Below, piece after piece: positions 13,301 to 26,800 of a stretch of 64,000 nucleotides of DNA. The position numbers and the translations under genes are program-made. A model generated the notes under the pieces. The model ran no database searches. It was not told the origin of the DNA and was given only the letters and a program-made list of their open reading frames with translations. The DNA comes from Stylophora pistillata. Taxonomy: Eukaryota. How positions within the stretch are numbered: the stretch's first letter is position 1; every line of letters begins with the position of its first letter. The DNA is taken from contig NW_019217832.1 of the NCBI RefSeq assembly GCF_002571385.2, forward strand, positions 844,122-908,121, read 5' to 3'.

Positions 13301-13712
13301 CAAAACAATCAAATTAGCCTTATCAATTGTTTAGGGCGTGAAGGCATTTCCCATAGCTTCGCAAAACTCTCGCAAACCTTCCATCGTTTAGGAAGATACT
13401 TGCTCTTGTCTCTGCAAAAGCCATTACTTGACCACATTTTCACACCAAGCAGTAAAGTAGCATCGTCATCATCGAAATTTTCACCCTAGAGTATATGTTC
13501 CGAGACGGAAACCCCTCGTGTGTACCGGACCTATAAGACATTTTTGAAGATAAAGACTTACCGGAAACGACAAAGTCCATGAAATCTTCAGCTGTTTGTT
13601 CCAATGACACATCTTTAAACACGACATATTTGATACTCCTGTATTCAAAGGACCTTATCAGACGCACTGTAACAGTCGCTCCACAAGATTCAGCTCGTGC
13701 CTCTTCATACAT
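10344..13712 (-). CDS. C2orf76: UPF0538/C2orf76 homolog, 5 coding exons
   Basis: Exons 13712-13562, 13002-12952, 12310-12273, 11186-11105, 10420-10344 with compatible phases. Protein: ...TVTVRLIRSFEYRSIKYVVFKDVSL...PLPFRTFAYDTMKIQHKAHGAKTSDPVIN...GIGHETEISFFKKEDYERYKDNPMLKW, matching family motifs. Confidence 0.92.
10738..10941. repeat. Dispersed ~200-bp TTAACCC..GGGTTAA-type MITE; other copies ~32145-32310 and ~44131-44735 (split)
   Basis: Shared core ATTTCTCCTTACAATATC..ACATTAAGGTCA..GAATAAAGGAAATGATCA..TTCTCCTTGTCAGCACCT. Confidence 0.7.
11401..11772 (+). mobile_element. tRNA-derived SINE, family A, copy 1
   Basis: A box TAGCTCAATGG, B box GGTTCGAGCCC, shared ~270-bp body, (TAAAT)n tail. 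Confidence 0.85.
11775..12152 (+). mobile_element. LINE (L2/CR1 group) 3' fragment
   Basis: MRIVFP..YSDAL..LETLSQ.R..KLF..YELNLR..KTKRLMNTFI, then AATAAA(CTAT)n. Confidence 0.75.
12496..12670. mobile_element. Short MITE (hAT-like)
   Basis: 13-bp TIR GGGGTTTCATTAA / TTAATGAAACCCC. Confidence 0.55.
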
Positions 13713-13931
13713 CGTTCCAAATTAATAAGAAATATTTTCCGAAATATTGAGGAGCTGTCAAGAGTCCGCCATGTTGTGTGACTGTGCGACCGCTCATTTA
13801 CAACGGCTGGCAAGAAGGGCACTGGGACTAAGGCTGCCCGAGATCAGTGTTGTTTCCAGAGTTCTTACACTCAATTTGTATTTAGACTCAACCACTCTGT
13901 GCACGCTGTCTTACGCGTCCAATAAAGAATA

Positions 13932-15475
13932 ATGTCCACGGACGGTGAAAAGATCGATAGACCAAGTTACCAGGCCTTGGAAGAAGCGCTGAACTGCATG
14001 AAGAAAGCTTACGACATCATGAAAGGGGAGGCGCTGGAACTTCAAAAGGAGAAAGAAGCTTTCGATTCTGTTGCAAAGAAACTCGAACACGTGAACTTTG
14101 CCTCGACTGTTAAGTTAAATGTTGGCGGCCAGCTATTCAGCACAAGCCTACAAACGCTGAAAAAGGATCCAGGCTCCATGTTACACGCTATGTTTTCAGA
14201 AAGATTCGACACAAAACCAGCTGAAGATGGAACTTACTTCATCGATCGCGATGGAACACACTTCCGGTATATATTGAATTACCTACGAACAGGGCGGCTT
14301 CTAGTACCAGATGATCGTTTGGTACAAAAAGAACTGCTAGAAGAAGCTGAGTTCTATCAGATCCGTGGAATTATCGATGAGTTATGTCCTCAACCATTCT
14401 TAGAGTCCAAAATTCTATCCGATGAGCATAAGGACATAATGATAAACCAATGGCTTAAAGATCAACTGGACCTTCCCCACTCCACTTTTGTGCTGCTGTA
14501 TCGTGCTTCTCGAGATGGATGGTCGACCGCTACTTTCCACACCTGTTGTGATAAGAGAGGGCCTACTGTGGTTGTGGTGAAAAGTAACGACTCTTTGTTT
14601 GGAGGTTTCACAGAGCAGTCATGGGATTGTAAGTATTTCGTACACGTTCTCACTTTTAAGTTTTTGCGTAGTGCTCAATTTAAGTGTAGAATCATACACG
14701 CATTTTGAGTTGCTCAGGGCTCCCATTGATAACAGACAGCTTATTGCGTCTGAAGGGGCTACCCTGAGCGGTATAAATTAATAAAGGTTCTTCTTCTTCT
14801 TCGTGCTTGTGTTGGAGGACGGATGCGTTGATGACATTGTAATATTCACTCCACAGCTCCAACAATTGTGGTTTAGTTTGTGCATGCATAAACCGCTTTG
14901 CAACGCCACGTGTTTGCAATTGTCAGGAGGTCTAGTAAGTAAGAGTGATATATAGAAGCCGCTGTTACGGACATCACCACTGTCGGTCTGTGAAGTATTG
15001 GATCACAGAAGACATCAAAATGTCTTGGCTGTTACTTTGTTCTTTACCACATTTTGACTACATCCGGTGATCTCTTGCTGTACAGACCCATGGCAACAAG
15101 GAATCTATTTGTCAACCTGTTGCCTGTGCTCTACTTATGATAATTCTCCCTCTTTCAGCTTCTGGCTCCTACAAATACTGCAATGAGTCATTCATATTCA
15201 GCCTTGTCAACCCATCTGGATCTGTACCTACCAAGCTGCCCCTAAAGTCTGATCAAACCAAGTATGGAATCTACTGCAATAGTGGATGTGGCCCAGCCTT
15301 TGGAGGTGGACATGACTTAACTATTTGTGAGGACGCAAACTCATCTTCCAAAAGTTACAGTTCCCTGGGTAATTCCTATGAATGCCCACGTCATATCACT
15401 TCTACATTTCTCACTGAGGAAAGAACTTTCTTGGTCAGCGAGGTAGAAGTATTTGGTCTCAAAAAGTGGACATAA
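13932..15475 (+). CDS. Coiled-coil + BTB/POZ (KCTD/T1 type) + TLDc domain protein, 2 exons
   Basis: Exons 13932-14628 and 15159-15475 (phase 1). BTB motifs VKLNVGG, FIDRDGTHFRYILNYLR, EEAEFYQI; TLDc motifs LLYRASRDG, FHTCCDKRGPT, FGGFT, SFIFSL, GPAFGGGHDL, EVEVF. Confidence 0.92.
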
Positions 15476-17092
15476 CCATTTTGATTCAAGGCTTATTTTG
15501 CGTGTAAAAGTGGTATGGTTGAGCTGTATTTACATTTGGTAACTGTAAGTAAAAACTATAGATTTCAAATACCTAGAATAAGGTACCATGGACCTAACTT
15601 TTCATTGTGTAATCAGATTATGAGATAAACATTTGAAGTAACTTCAAAAGGAATTAAAAAACAAAACAAATCAAAACAACACAAAAAAAATCTTCTGGAT
15701 GTGTAACCAGTTCTCACTGATGTGAGTTTTCCTATTTGGATGTTCAAGTGAGGGACCTTTTTGTGAAACTACTTTACCCTTATGAAATATAAAATCTTTT
15801 CTCTTCAAATTTGAATTTACAATAAAATTGCCACCCTTGCTATAATAATGTTTCCGAGACCTTTACTCCATTAATAAAGTTACGATGGGTAAATTCAGCT
15901 CCTTGTCAACAACACCAAATCATGTGAATGACAAACAGTCCTTAATACTGATACGAAAAAAAAAAAAAAATGAAAAAAGCTAAGGCTTATCAATCAGTGG
16001 CAGTCTGTCATTTTGAGTTTACCTCAGTGGGCTACTGGCAATTGTACAAAAGTTCATCTTGAGAAATATCCTCCTAGGCTACTTTTCCATTGTTTTGTTT
16101 TTTTAAGTTTATTTTGATTTTGTTTTGTTTAACTTTGTTTTCTTTTTGTAAATTACACCCAAATTCCTCAAATAAGAATTAACCTTCACTACACACCTCC
16201 TTTTTATCATTGGGGCAAGCATAGGTGCTTCCTCCCCAGGTGACTTGCTCTTTGGTACCCCCTCATCCATATTCCCTTCCCCCCTCCCAAAAAACAACAA
16301 CAACAACAAACAAACAACAACAACAAACAAACAACAACAAAATGGAACAGACCTGATGATGCTTGTTCCACAGGCTAAGTAAGAGACTGAAGTCATATAG
16401 AACAATAAATTAAAGTTTGGTTTTTATTCAACCAAAGGAATAGTTTTGTGTGAACTACTTAGAGCAGAACACACATTTTTAGAGTTTTACAAAGCTCATA
16501 TTGTTCTGGTTATGTCGTAATCTACAATTTACACCATGTTTTAAAGACATTGATGGAGAAACAGAAAAGACAGTGACATTCCAATTACATCTACCAGTAT
16601 GTTAATAATAACCACAATCTAAATAAACACAAAATATAACTCAGCTGTAGTAAAAACTTCTACCAGCATAAAACTTTCTCCTTTTGTAGAAAATCATGAA
16701 TGCATTGCATTATTACAAATGAATAAAATATCAAGAGCTATTTACAACTTTGTGCAACCTTAATGCTGCTGTTTTTGGACTGAGGGTTAGCTATTTACTT
16801 ACATGTATAAATATTAAGTTTTCCAATGACTCTTGAAATGCACTTTCACCAACAAAGGTTGACACAGGCAACCATTACAGCTAACACAATAAAACAAAAT
16901 GGAACTGACTTTATGTCAAACAACCAAATTTGAGTCAGATTTTTTTCCATTCAAGACTACTGCCTCACTTCTTTATCAAGTCCCTGTGCTTTGCTCACAT
17001 ACAGACATAATATAAACTTCTAATAGAAATCTTAAGTCATTGGAAACAATTTTATCTAAATTCTGCTTCTTTACAGTAGAGATCAATTGAAC

Positions 17093-20000
17093 CTATTCTG
17101 ACTTGTGACAGTAGAGATCCTTGAGTGTCTTGAGTTCTTCTATTAGTGTCTTATTTTGGTTTTCAAGGACAGCGACTCTGTTTTCAAGACACTTCACATA
17201 CTCCTTCTTCTTCCGTCTACATTCTTTGGCAGCTTCTCTGTGAAGAAAAAAAATTTGCAAAGTTGTGAATACAGCATGCAAGTTTTGATGTATCAACAAA
17301 AAAGACAACCACACTATGATTTCCAGCCAGGTTAATGTCAACCACAGAAACCTGAAAACCACTCAAATTACCACTAAAATCTAGTTATAGGAAACCAACA
17401 AAAAAACAATTGTGAAAAAAAGTCATTGAGAGTCTTAAGATTCTCTATCAACTTAAAAGAGTGCAAATTCCATCCCAAGGAATCAATTGCTACAACTTAA
17501 TTTTTGGGGTTACACTTCATAAATATCTGCTTGAAGAATCTATTAATGAAGGATGTTCAGAAGACAAAAAAAATTGGTGTGATGCATGCTCACAGTTTGT
17601 TTTTAAGTTTATAAGCTTGCTAACAAGTGAAACCCACAATTATTGCATGTGAACTGCAGTGATTTGTTTGACAGTCACAATGGGAGGACATTGAGTACAA
17701 GTTAGAACTTAGGGGTTACTGCTTTAATGGACCTTTTAGACTAAAGATATCTTGGACAAGTTTTAACATAACCCCTTTTATACAAAGAGTATCTTACCTA
17801 TTTTTCATTAGCCTCATTTCTCTTTTCCGAGAAGCATCTTCAGCGATTTGTTGGCCGTTTCCACCAATTCCAGGTGAATTTTGAAGAACAACACCTGGAG
17901 GCAGATGTCCACGGATGTATTGCTGTTGATTTGCAGGTATCGCATACATTGTACCAGTGTTACTAACTTGGACTTGCTAAAGAAAAAAAGAGGTAAGGCA
18001 ATCAAATCCAGAAATCCAGACAAGAACCTGATACCGCAGGAGCCTACATCTTAGTTTCCATAACAGGAAGCGACTAGGAATACTTCTTCTCCTGCAGGAT
18101 GGAATGCCATTACATTGAATGTAACCCCCCCTGCATTTTTTTCAGGCTTCCCTGACAGTTTGGCAGCAGTCACTGATACACACGCGCAAACAGAGGCATT
18201 GTAAGAGTTTAGTGTTTACCGCACTAACCCCCTTCCTGATCTCTTTGTTCAAAAAAAAGAATTGAGTATACCAGATGTTGCTAATGTTAACTTTTTCAAT
18301 CCACAATTTTATACAACTAATGGAGAGCAAGTGCCAGAAGAAGTACATTTTGTCAGTTCAAGAGAATTGCAGCTTTTAGATCTTATTGAGAAAAAAATGT
18401 CTTCATATATTGCAATCACATAAAGAAAACAAATATTTTTTTCTCTACCTGTACTTGAACCTCTCCTGGATTAGCTGCGTAAATATATTGTTGACCGTCC
18501 TACGAGAAAGGGTAAACAGGATCTGTGAGTGTTGCATAAACATTGCTACTATTCTTTTGAAAAACAACAGCATAAAATTCATGTTTTTTTTTTCAACTTT
18601 TACCACAGAAAAAAATTTTTTTCACTTTAACTCTACCATGAGTGGATTGACCTATGGACATGGGCCAAATGTGGATTTTTCTTCTTAAAAGATGTTTCCA
18701 TGATCTAAATGGTCAACTGAATTTCAGTTCATTGTAACTGACAAGCTAATTATAGTGAGCAGAGTCGTAAAATTAATAGAAACAAGGTTGCACAATTCAG
18801 AATGGCTCCACTCTCTTTCAACTCCAATAATGGCTCTCACACTTATGATGTAATGAAAACTAGATGGTTAGAGTAATAAGCAGAAGCACCAAACCAGCCA
18901 AAATCACAATACAAGTTCACAGGTCATCTGATGGCTTACATCTCCAGCTAAGTTGTAACATTACGAGCTGCTAAGTTATACCTGTTGCTGCTGTTGATAT
19001 TGAACCACTGTGCCAGAAGAATTTTGTGCCATGGGCACTGTCTGCAGTCCCTCACCAGATGTCACAATCTGAATAGTTCCTGGAATTGTCACAGTTTGTG
19101 GTGCTTGTTGGTAGTTTAATGTACTTGTGGTTATCACAGCAATTGGAGAGGCACCTTCTGTTCCTTCACTTTGGGTCTGGATGTCCTCAGATATCGTCTC
19201 TACCTTTGTTGGACTTTCAGAACCAGATAACTCGTTGAAAATTTTCCTACAGAGAGATCCAAATTTGATACATGAGTGTTATTCACTAGCAGTACTAATA
19301 AATAAGGCGATTTTTCATAGTTATACACAATGTCTATATTCCATCATGTATTCAATATCATTTAGTGAGGGTTCTATCTACTGTAGATAAAGAAAAGTTT
19401 ACACTGGCTGTATAGTGCAAAACTGAAAAACAAAGCTTTCTATTATTTTGCAATAGTTTGTAGCTTACACAGGAAGGATTCCTTATCACGACAATTGAGT
19501 GCTTACTTTATAGGATCTACACTCAACTACTACAATCAGCATCAAGCAAGGTTAAAAAATTTCCTATCAAAAGTCAGAGGTTAAATTTTTGAATAAAACT
19601 ATAGTGAAAGGTGTCAAAAATTGCTGAATCACCCTGAAAAATTTAAATTATTTCCTGTCACGTGCCCAACTCTAAGTTTGAATCAACTGATACAAACTTC
19701 CCTAATTCAAATGCATGGTCAAACACTTCGGTTAAAACAGATGTGTGAATTTGAGATAGGAAAATAAAAGATCAACATATTATCTTCAACAATATTGCAA
19801 TATTTTTTATGTCCTGCTAAGACCCATTAACTCGATGTAATCAGATTATTACATAGGTATGACATCAAGTGTTTCAAAATAACCTTCACACATATTATTG
19901 CCACCGTCATACAGCGTGATGGATCAAATTGTTCGTTTCCCATTGATACATTTCAACAGGATAGAAGTGGTAAAAATTATTTTCAACCATACTGAAGTAT

Positions 20001-21019
20001 TTTAGAAACGAAGCTGTCTCAATGGAGTACTTATCTTCTATGTTTAAAAGTACTGATTTCTACGAGGTCGAATATCAACCAAAACTTATAATTTCATTTA
20101 CGTAGATCGAAGTTCATGTTTGAAAAAATTAATGGGCATTTTCGGCAAACCTTCCTTACATTTAATATAGCTCTCAAGTTTGTGTGAACAACTCATGGCA
20201 TGGGCTACCCACAATAACTTGGAAAGAAAGTCAAAAGCTGACTGTTCAAATAAGCCCGATCAGATCTTGATTATGGGGAAGAAATAAAAATATGTTGGTC
20301 TCGCTTTACTGACCTCGATCGCGAAGAAAATGCAATCACGGTTGCTTTACCGAGATTTTTATACTCTAGGTGACATGTAATCGGAGACCTTACCTACCCA
20401 GGCGGCACTTTGCAAAGGTAACGTAACAGCTCTGAAGTAACGGAAACAAATGATGGCGACATTTCGTGCTTTGTAAAAAAAAAACTTCGCGCAATATCGT
20501 GCGTCAGCATTTTACGTTCCCATGTACGTTTTATTCGACAGTTAAGATTGGAACAAATAGAACACGCTCAATTCTTTATTATGGTGGGAAATACGTGAAA
20601 TATCACACTATATACAGCGTTTCACGAGTCCCTTTGGATCACAGTGTTTACATAAAACGACGCGATCTTTCGGTGCCTTCGCTGACTCAAGCGTACCTGT
20701 AAGATGGCCGCCGGGACAAAATGTCCCTTCGCTTTTTGCTTTCTTCATCTAAGACCCCGCCCGTTGGATCTTCTGTGTCATTGACTCCTTGGACAGCTTG
20801 GGCCAAACTGATTTGTTGACCCTGTAGCGAGGCGGAATGAATCGATTGCGCTGTCTGTATGACGGACTGTTGGTTGGCCTGAATCACTGAAGGAGTTTGC
20901 ATCGGTGGAGGCATCGAAGTTTGCGGTGAGCTTTGTTGTAGAACCTGTCCTTGTTGGACAGTCACAGTGCTGCCGTTTTCCATTTCGGTCACATTGGATT
21001 GCTCTTCGATTTGCTCCAT
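17093..21019 (-). CDS. CREB: CREB/CREM/ATF1-family bZIP transcription factor, 5 coding exons
   Basis: Exons 21019-20697, 19246-18982, 18499-18449, 17976-17798, 17237-17093. Q-rich domain, KID ILSRRPSYRKIFNELS, bZIP RKREMRLMKNREAAKECRRKKKEYVKCLENRVAVLENQNKTLIEELKTLKDLYCHKSE. Confidence 0.97.
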
Positions 21020-21269
21020 GGAAAGCTAAACACCCGAGAGGTGCTGCAGGATAAGGAAAGTCGGAGCAAGGAAAAGCTTTCTGTTTCGTGGTCTCTACAA
21101 AGAACCAGAGGAATAGAAAGCGATGAGGTCCACATCGCGATCGCTCGAGATAACCAGGCAAACAAACCACCACACAATCCACTGGATGAATCGACAGAAA
21201 TCTAGCTAAAATTATAATAGGTTCGCTGTCGCCTCTTTGGAATCTAGAAAAAAAGAAAATGAAACTTAC

Positions 21270-21900
21270 ATGCTACGTCACTTCTACGTCACCCTGATTT
21301 CTTTACGCAGCCAGCGTGTCGTTGTGTTTCTTCTTCTTCGCGAGGAGCAGTCGCGTCACCTGTGGCGTCACCACTCGAGCTGCCAGCTACTGTGGGGTGG
21401 ACCGACCCTGCCAACTCCTCTTACATCATCATTACGTCAGTGCCTTGCCACTCAACACCAAATATGGCGAAAAGCCCTAGGGGCGGACCGGCCCCTGACG
21501 TCAAGGTATTGTATCGCGGAATAATGTCACGGAAGTCGATTGAGTGCGGTGAATTCAAATTGTATTCTCGCACAAATTTCCTTGGTAAGAAAAATCTTCT
21601 CAGCTAGGGTCGCGTCAGTTCGATTGCTGGTTGAAAAACCCACGATAAAAACTGCACTGCAACTTTCTCTGATGGAGAGGTGTGCAACCTCTCTCTACTC
21701 AAACGAAACGACCAGAAAAGTTGTAAAACTTTATTATCATTCAGTATATTTTTTAATTGTAGAACTTACGAAAAATAGTTGACAGTTATGCTCAAATGAC
21801 GTAAGGTTCGATCAAATATAATTTCACCAGAAATAGGCTTTTAAGAAATATTGGTTCTATTATCGGCACAAATCATCAAATGTCAAATTATGACGTAATT
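21270..21900 (-). promoter_or_regulatory. CREB promoter and non-coding first exon with CRE cluster
   Basis: TGACGTCA 21496-21503; TTACGTCA 21432; TGACGTAA 21797 and 21891; (TA)CGTCA at 21274, 21285, 21354, 21366, 21613; GC box GGGGCGGAC ~21480; minus-strand donor GTAAGT at 21269. Confidence 0.75.
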
Positions 21901-23232
21901 TCAAAGGTGAAAAGTTCACTTTGGCACTTTACAAAACGCCTGAGTATGGCAAAGAAATTAGAATAATAAATCTGATACTCTGAGGTTTAAAGTTTATATT
22001 TAAACAACCTTGGCCAACACCAAGCTGAATTTTTTCTCATCCTCGACATTCAATTCGTTTTCAATAATTTCTTCTTATTATCTCAATATAAACAATACTT
22101 TTAGTAATATTACGAAACGCTGTAGTCGAAGCTTTTTGAAGTAGTGCTCAAGATATCTTTTTGTTTATTTATCACTGCAGCAGGCCGCCTGGAGAAAAAT
22201 CGTCTTCTCTGAATAAGTAAAGCGAGACACCCTTTATGTCTGTAAACAAATAGTACCTTTGCATTTCACAGCTGAAAGATTCTGACCTTTCTACGTGGTG
22301 TAATGTGCAGTACTAGAAGCACTTAAATTCAGCAGAATACACACTCGGCAATCTCTAATTCATGGTTCCTTTGAGATTTCTATATTTTCGGAGAATTTGG
22401 AAAATTAAAGTTTGACAGCAAAGCGACTGGAACGTCAAAACCTACCTTTTGTACAACTCTAGTTCTGCATCACTTGTTCTTACATCAATTTTCAGCACTC
22501 ACTACCGGATCGTCCAGCCATACACGTTTTGTAGTAATTAAAATCTACCTCTCTCTTTCCAGCGGCGGTGTTTATGTGATATATTCAAAACTATCAGTTT
22601 CCGAGGAACGGCAAGGAACAAAGAATGCTGCTACAGACCTTTCTGAGTTTTTAAATTCAATTTTGATTCAACTCCCACACGGCGTGTTAAAGAAGATCAC
22701 ATAAGCGACAAGATTAAAGGACGCACAAATGTACACGTTTTGACGTCATCACCCATTCACTCGCCCCAATCCATAGACAGAAGCGCCTAGAAACCGAAGA
22801 AAGGTCAACCATGGTTACAGCCAAAACGTATATTTCCTGTGTTAATGACAACCATGATAGAATTCTCGAACGTGACTGGATCACAGCCGCGCAATTTTAA
22901 CACTAGGAAGACAACACACACGTCACATTAAAATTTGGAAGTGTATAAGTACAGAGGAATACGCTCTCAGCATGTGTAATCACACGGAACGCGTCATTTT
23001 CACGCACGATTACACGGATAATTGGATTTATTTTTTGTAGGAAAAAAAAGCAAAGTGCGCTTTTATTTAAACACAAAAACTGAATGTTCCGCACACTGAG
23101 TCACAGACATTCTATACGGAGTTTTCCGGACCCATCACAGAGCGAAATGAAGACAGATCATAGGAATCACCGTTTACTCACGATTCTTCATTGAAAATAC
23201 AATAATGCTTTGTCGGTTCTACCAAATTCCCC

Positions 23233-23791
23233 TTAAAAGAGAGCTATTTCGCTTTTGCTTTGCCTTAATCCTGTCTCTACAAACATGTCCGACTGAAGAA
23301 GAATTCTTACGACACCCACAGCGCGCCGCCATGCTTCTTTCTTAGCTGTGTAATTATCCCAGACATGGCTCTTGACTTTGCGAGTCTCTTGCTTCGAGTC
23401 AAAGAGATCTCGGAAATGATCGGTGGAGAATCCCGCGGGATCGCGCGGAGGAACGCGATCCATTGCGTGACCGCCTTTGATTCCTTCAGCTCTCAGAGGT
23501 TGTCCTCGATGATCATCAGAATGATCGTCTTGAAATCTTTCAAGATCATCCAGTGTCAGACCTTCGTTGACTAACTTTTCAACATAGCTAGATGCTCCGC
23601 TGTGTGAAGTAAAGTTTCCAGAGTTGAGAAGAACGCTGCACAAAAAGTCTTTGAGTCCTTGGGCAAATGCAGTGTACACCAAAGGTCTGAACACCTCTAT
23701 GCTTTCTTGTAACCATCCCGAGAGAGGATTGAAAGAGAACGACGGTGCAGTATCATTTTCTGTTAAAAATTAAAAATAATAAAAGTATGAG

Positions 23792-23822
<31 letters not shown>

Positions 23823-26800
23823 CTTTCAAAATAGCTGGTCTAATTGTTGGGGGATGTACAACTCGCTTAGCCAAATTAACCAGAGGTACTAGGACTGTAC
23901 TTTTTTAATTCTCTTCCAAAGGAGTTGACTCCTACTACAGCGATGCTTCTTTTCTCTGCTCTAGAGAGAAGCACCGACATATTAAGTAGGAAAACAGTAG
24001 AAATATTTGGGTTAGCTGACCGTGAGAGTTTCCATGGTGTATCCGTTCATTTTGCAAAAGGGGGGAAACTGGGTGGCCCTAATCGAAGTACTCGGCGAGC
24101 GCCAAGGAACCAATTAACCGGTAACAGTCGAGCTGCGCACAAGAATCGCGCACGCAAACAGGGACTTCAGTGTGGGTAAAACTCAAGGTCAGCTTTACCA
24201 ACGCAAACACGACCACCTATGAAACTAATTATTCCCGACCATAACAAGCAATTACAATGTCTAACATGGTAATAAGGAAATGCGCGAACTGGACATAGTT
24301 CAAGTACACACTTAAAAAATAAAAGATCAAAACTATAATTCTACCAAAACAACACGTAGGCGCAAAAGGCAAGGCTTAACAAAACAAAAAGCTTAACTGA
24401 AAAAGTCTCAAAATAACAACTTCCAATTTACCTCACAACATAATTTTCATTCCAGATATGGGTTTCAAATATCTTGAAAAGGATGCAAAACAACAACAAC
24501 AACAAAAAAATTGTCAGCTAAAGGAAAAAAATGGACTGGTTAGGGTGCCAAAACGTGCTTCTCTGTTATTAAAATTTGATTTTAAAATATGGTTACTGGG
24601 GGGCCGTTTCTCGAAAGTCGCGGTAACTTGACGGGCCCGAAGCCATGTTTTAAAATCGAAATCTATAGGATGGGAAAGCAGGTTCTGGCACCCACACCAG
24701 TCCTTTTTGTTTCTTTAGCTGATAGTTTTACTGTATCATTTTCAAAATTTTTGAAATCGCCATCTTGAATGAAAACAGAACAGCTTTACGGGCCCGTAAA
24801 GTTACCGAAACTTTCGTGAAAAGGGCCCCCGGTCCGGAAAAAAGCAGTCTGGCCCCAACCTCGTTCCTGGGGCCTTTTCCCCTTAAGGTTGGTCTGGTAC
24901 CGACATCAACCAGTTTACATTATTCATGTATAGTGGTAAGTGCCCGAAACGGTTTTTCAATTTTACTTTCTCTTATACAAATCGACAAACGCTCCCAAAA
25001 CCACCGCGCAATGGTTCGTTATGGTTTACATACCTACGGTCAGTCGTCGGATACAAGCGGCTTCAATTTCACCCGCTCCAGGTAGAACTCGGCCACAGGA
25101 CAGGGCATTTTTCAAACGATAGATCGAATTCCAGAACCTTTCCTCCATATCACAGAGAACATCTTTACAAGGGCTACAGAGAAGTACTGTCTGTAAAGGA
25201 CTGTTGAAATCTGTGGGCGACGGATACCAAGGAGAAAAAGAAATAATAAACAAAGGAAAATGATAACAGAAAAGTACTACAATACAAGCAATCCCTCCTT
25301 TTCGGCTAAGTCCATCCCGCCAGTAAAAAAGCAAAGTCAGAGAAAAAGGTAATACATGTTGACGCGTCGCGAGGAACTCTGGGGAGTGGGGCGTACGTAG
25401 GGATATACTTTTCGCGCGCCTCATTCCCAGCTGGGTTTCGCACGACATGCTAACATCAACTTTATTTTGTTACTGATAACTTTTCTTTACTCGCGCGACG
25501 GACTTTAACGAAATTGAGAGACTACTCGTAGTCTGGAAAGGTAAAATAACAGTGATTATTATACATTGTAGTCACCATCTGTCTTCTCATTGGCTAAACG
25601 CCCACAGTTAATTCTGGGAAACAGCGCAACCTACAGATTATTCAATAATCTGTAGGTTGCGCGCGCAATGCATGATTTCCGGTGGAGCAATGTCAAGTTC
25701 ACGGACAGCGAAGTAAGAATGGCTTCTCGATTCGCTTCATTGACCCAGCGAGAAATTGAGAAATTACTTGAAGATAAAGATTCGGAAAATACTAAAAGAT
25801 CGACAAAAGTGGCGAAGGAACTTTTCTACGAATACCTTGAAGAGAAAAATATCCAGAAGCCACACGACAAAAAGGAATTAGCCCAAGTGTTGAAATCTTA
25901 TCATGTGGAAGCGCGAAAAAAGAATGGATCGTATTGTTCGAAAATAAACTGTGTTCGCTGCGATAATGCATTTGGCGTTGTTTTCTTCAAAACAATGTAT
26001 AATAAAACAATTATTGGATTCGGTTTTTGTGACATCCGGAATAATCAAGGTCTCAGTTAGTGTTATCAGTCTCAGCCTTCGGCTTCGGCTGATAACACTT
26101 ACCTCGACCTTGATTATTCCGGATATCACTAAAACCTTATCCAGTAATTGTTTATAATTGGCGTTATGGACGCCGGAAACTTGGTGACCTTTAAAGATAG
26201 AGGTTTTTCGCGGGTTTCATGACTAGGTGGTGGAGCAAATTGCATACGTTTGATTAAGTCGCGACTGGTTTTAGAAAGCGTTTCAACCGAGCGTCGTAAA
26301 TTCGAAATCAAAGTGATGGAAGCACCCAATCAGAGCAAAGACATCTATCACAAGGAGCCAATGAGACTTCAAAGTAAAAACTGGCATTCTGCATTATGCC
26401 CGGGAAAACGCGCGTGCGCTTGTCGCGATTGGTTTAAGTTTTTCAAAAGGCTGCCGGCGTGAGTTTTCTTGACCAATCAAAGAACGTTGTGAAGGAAAGC
26501 CAACGTAATCTCAGATTATTGTCAACTCAGACAGAACTTGTCGAGACAGGAAATAAACAACTTATGTTTCCCAACAGGCCTCGAATTGATGCACTTGACA
26601 CAGTTTGTAAGGTAATACTGGTTTTATCAACTGAGTTGATCATGTAAATTGACCACCGTAAAGAGTTTCAAAGCTGACTTTCAGAGCGTTAGCCCTTTGT
26701 CAGAGCGAATATTCTGCACAAATATTCTATACTCTCTGAGGAAGGGTTAACGCTCGAAACGTCAGCTTTGAAACTCATTACGGTGGCAAATTTACATTAA

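Noticed and set aside
20989-21135. ATF4-like overlapping uORF in the CREB leader
   Set aside because: A strong acceptor (pyrimidine tract + CAG at 21046-21044) lies downstream of its ATG, so it is probably intronic.
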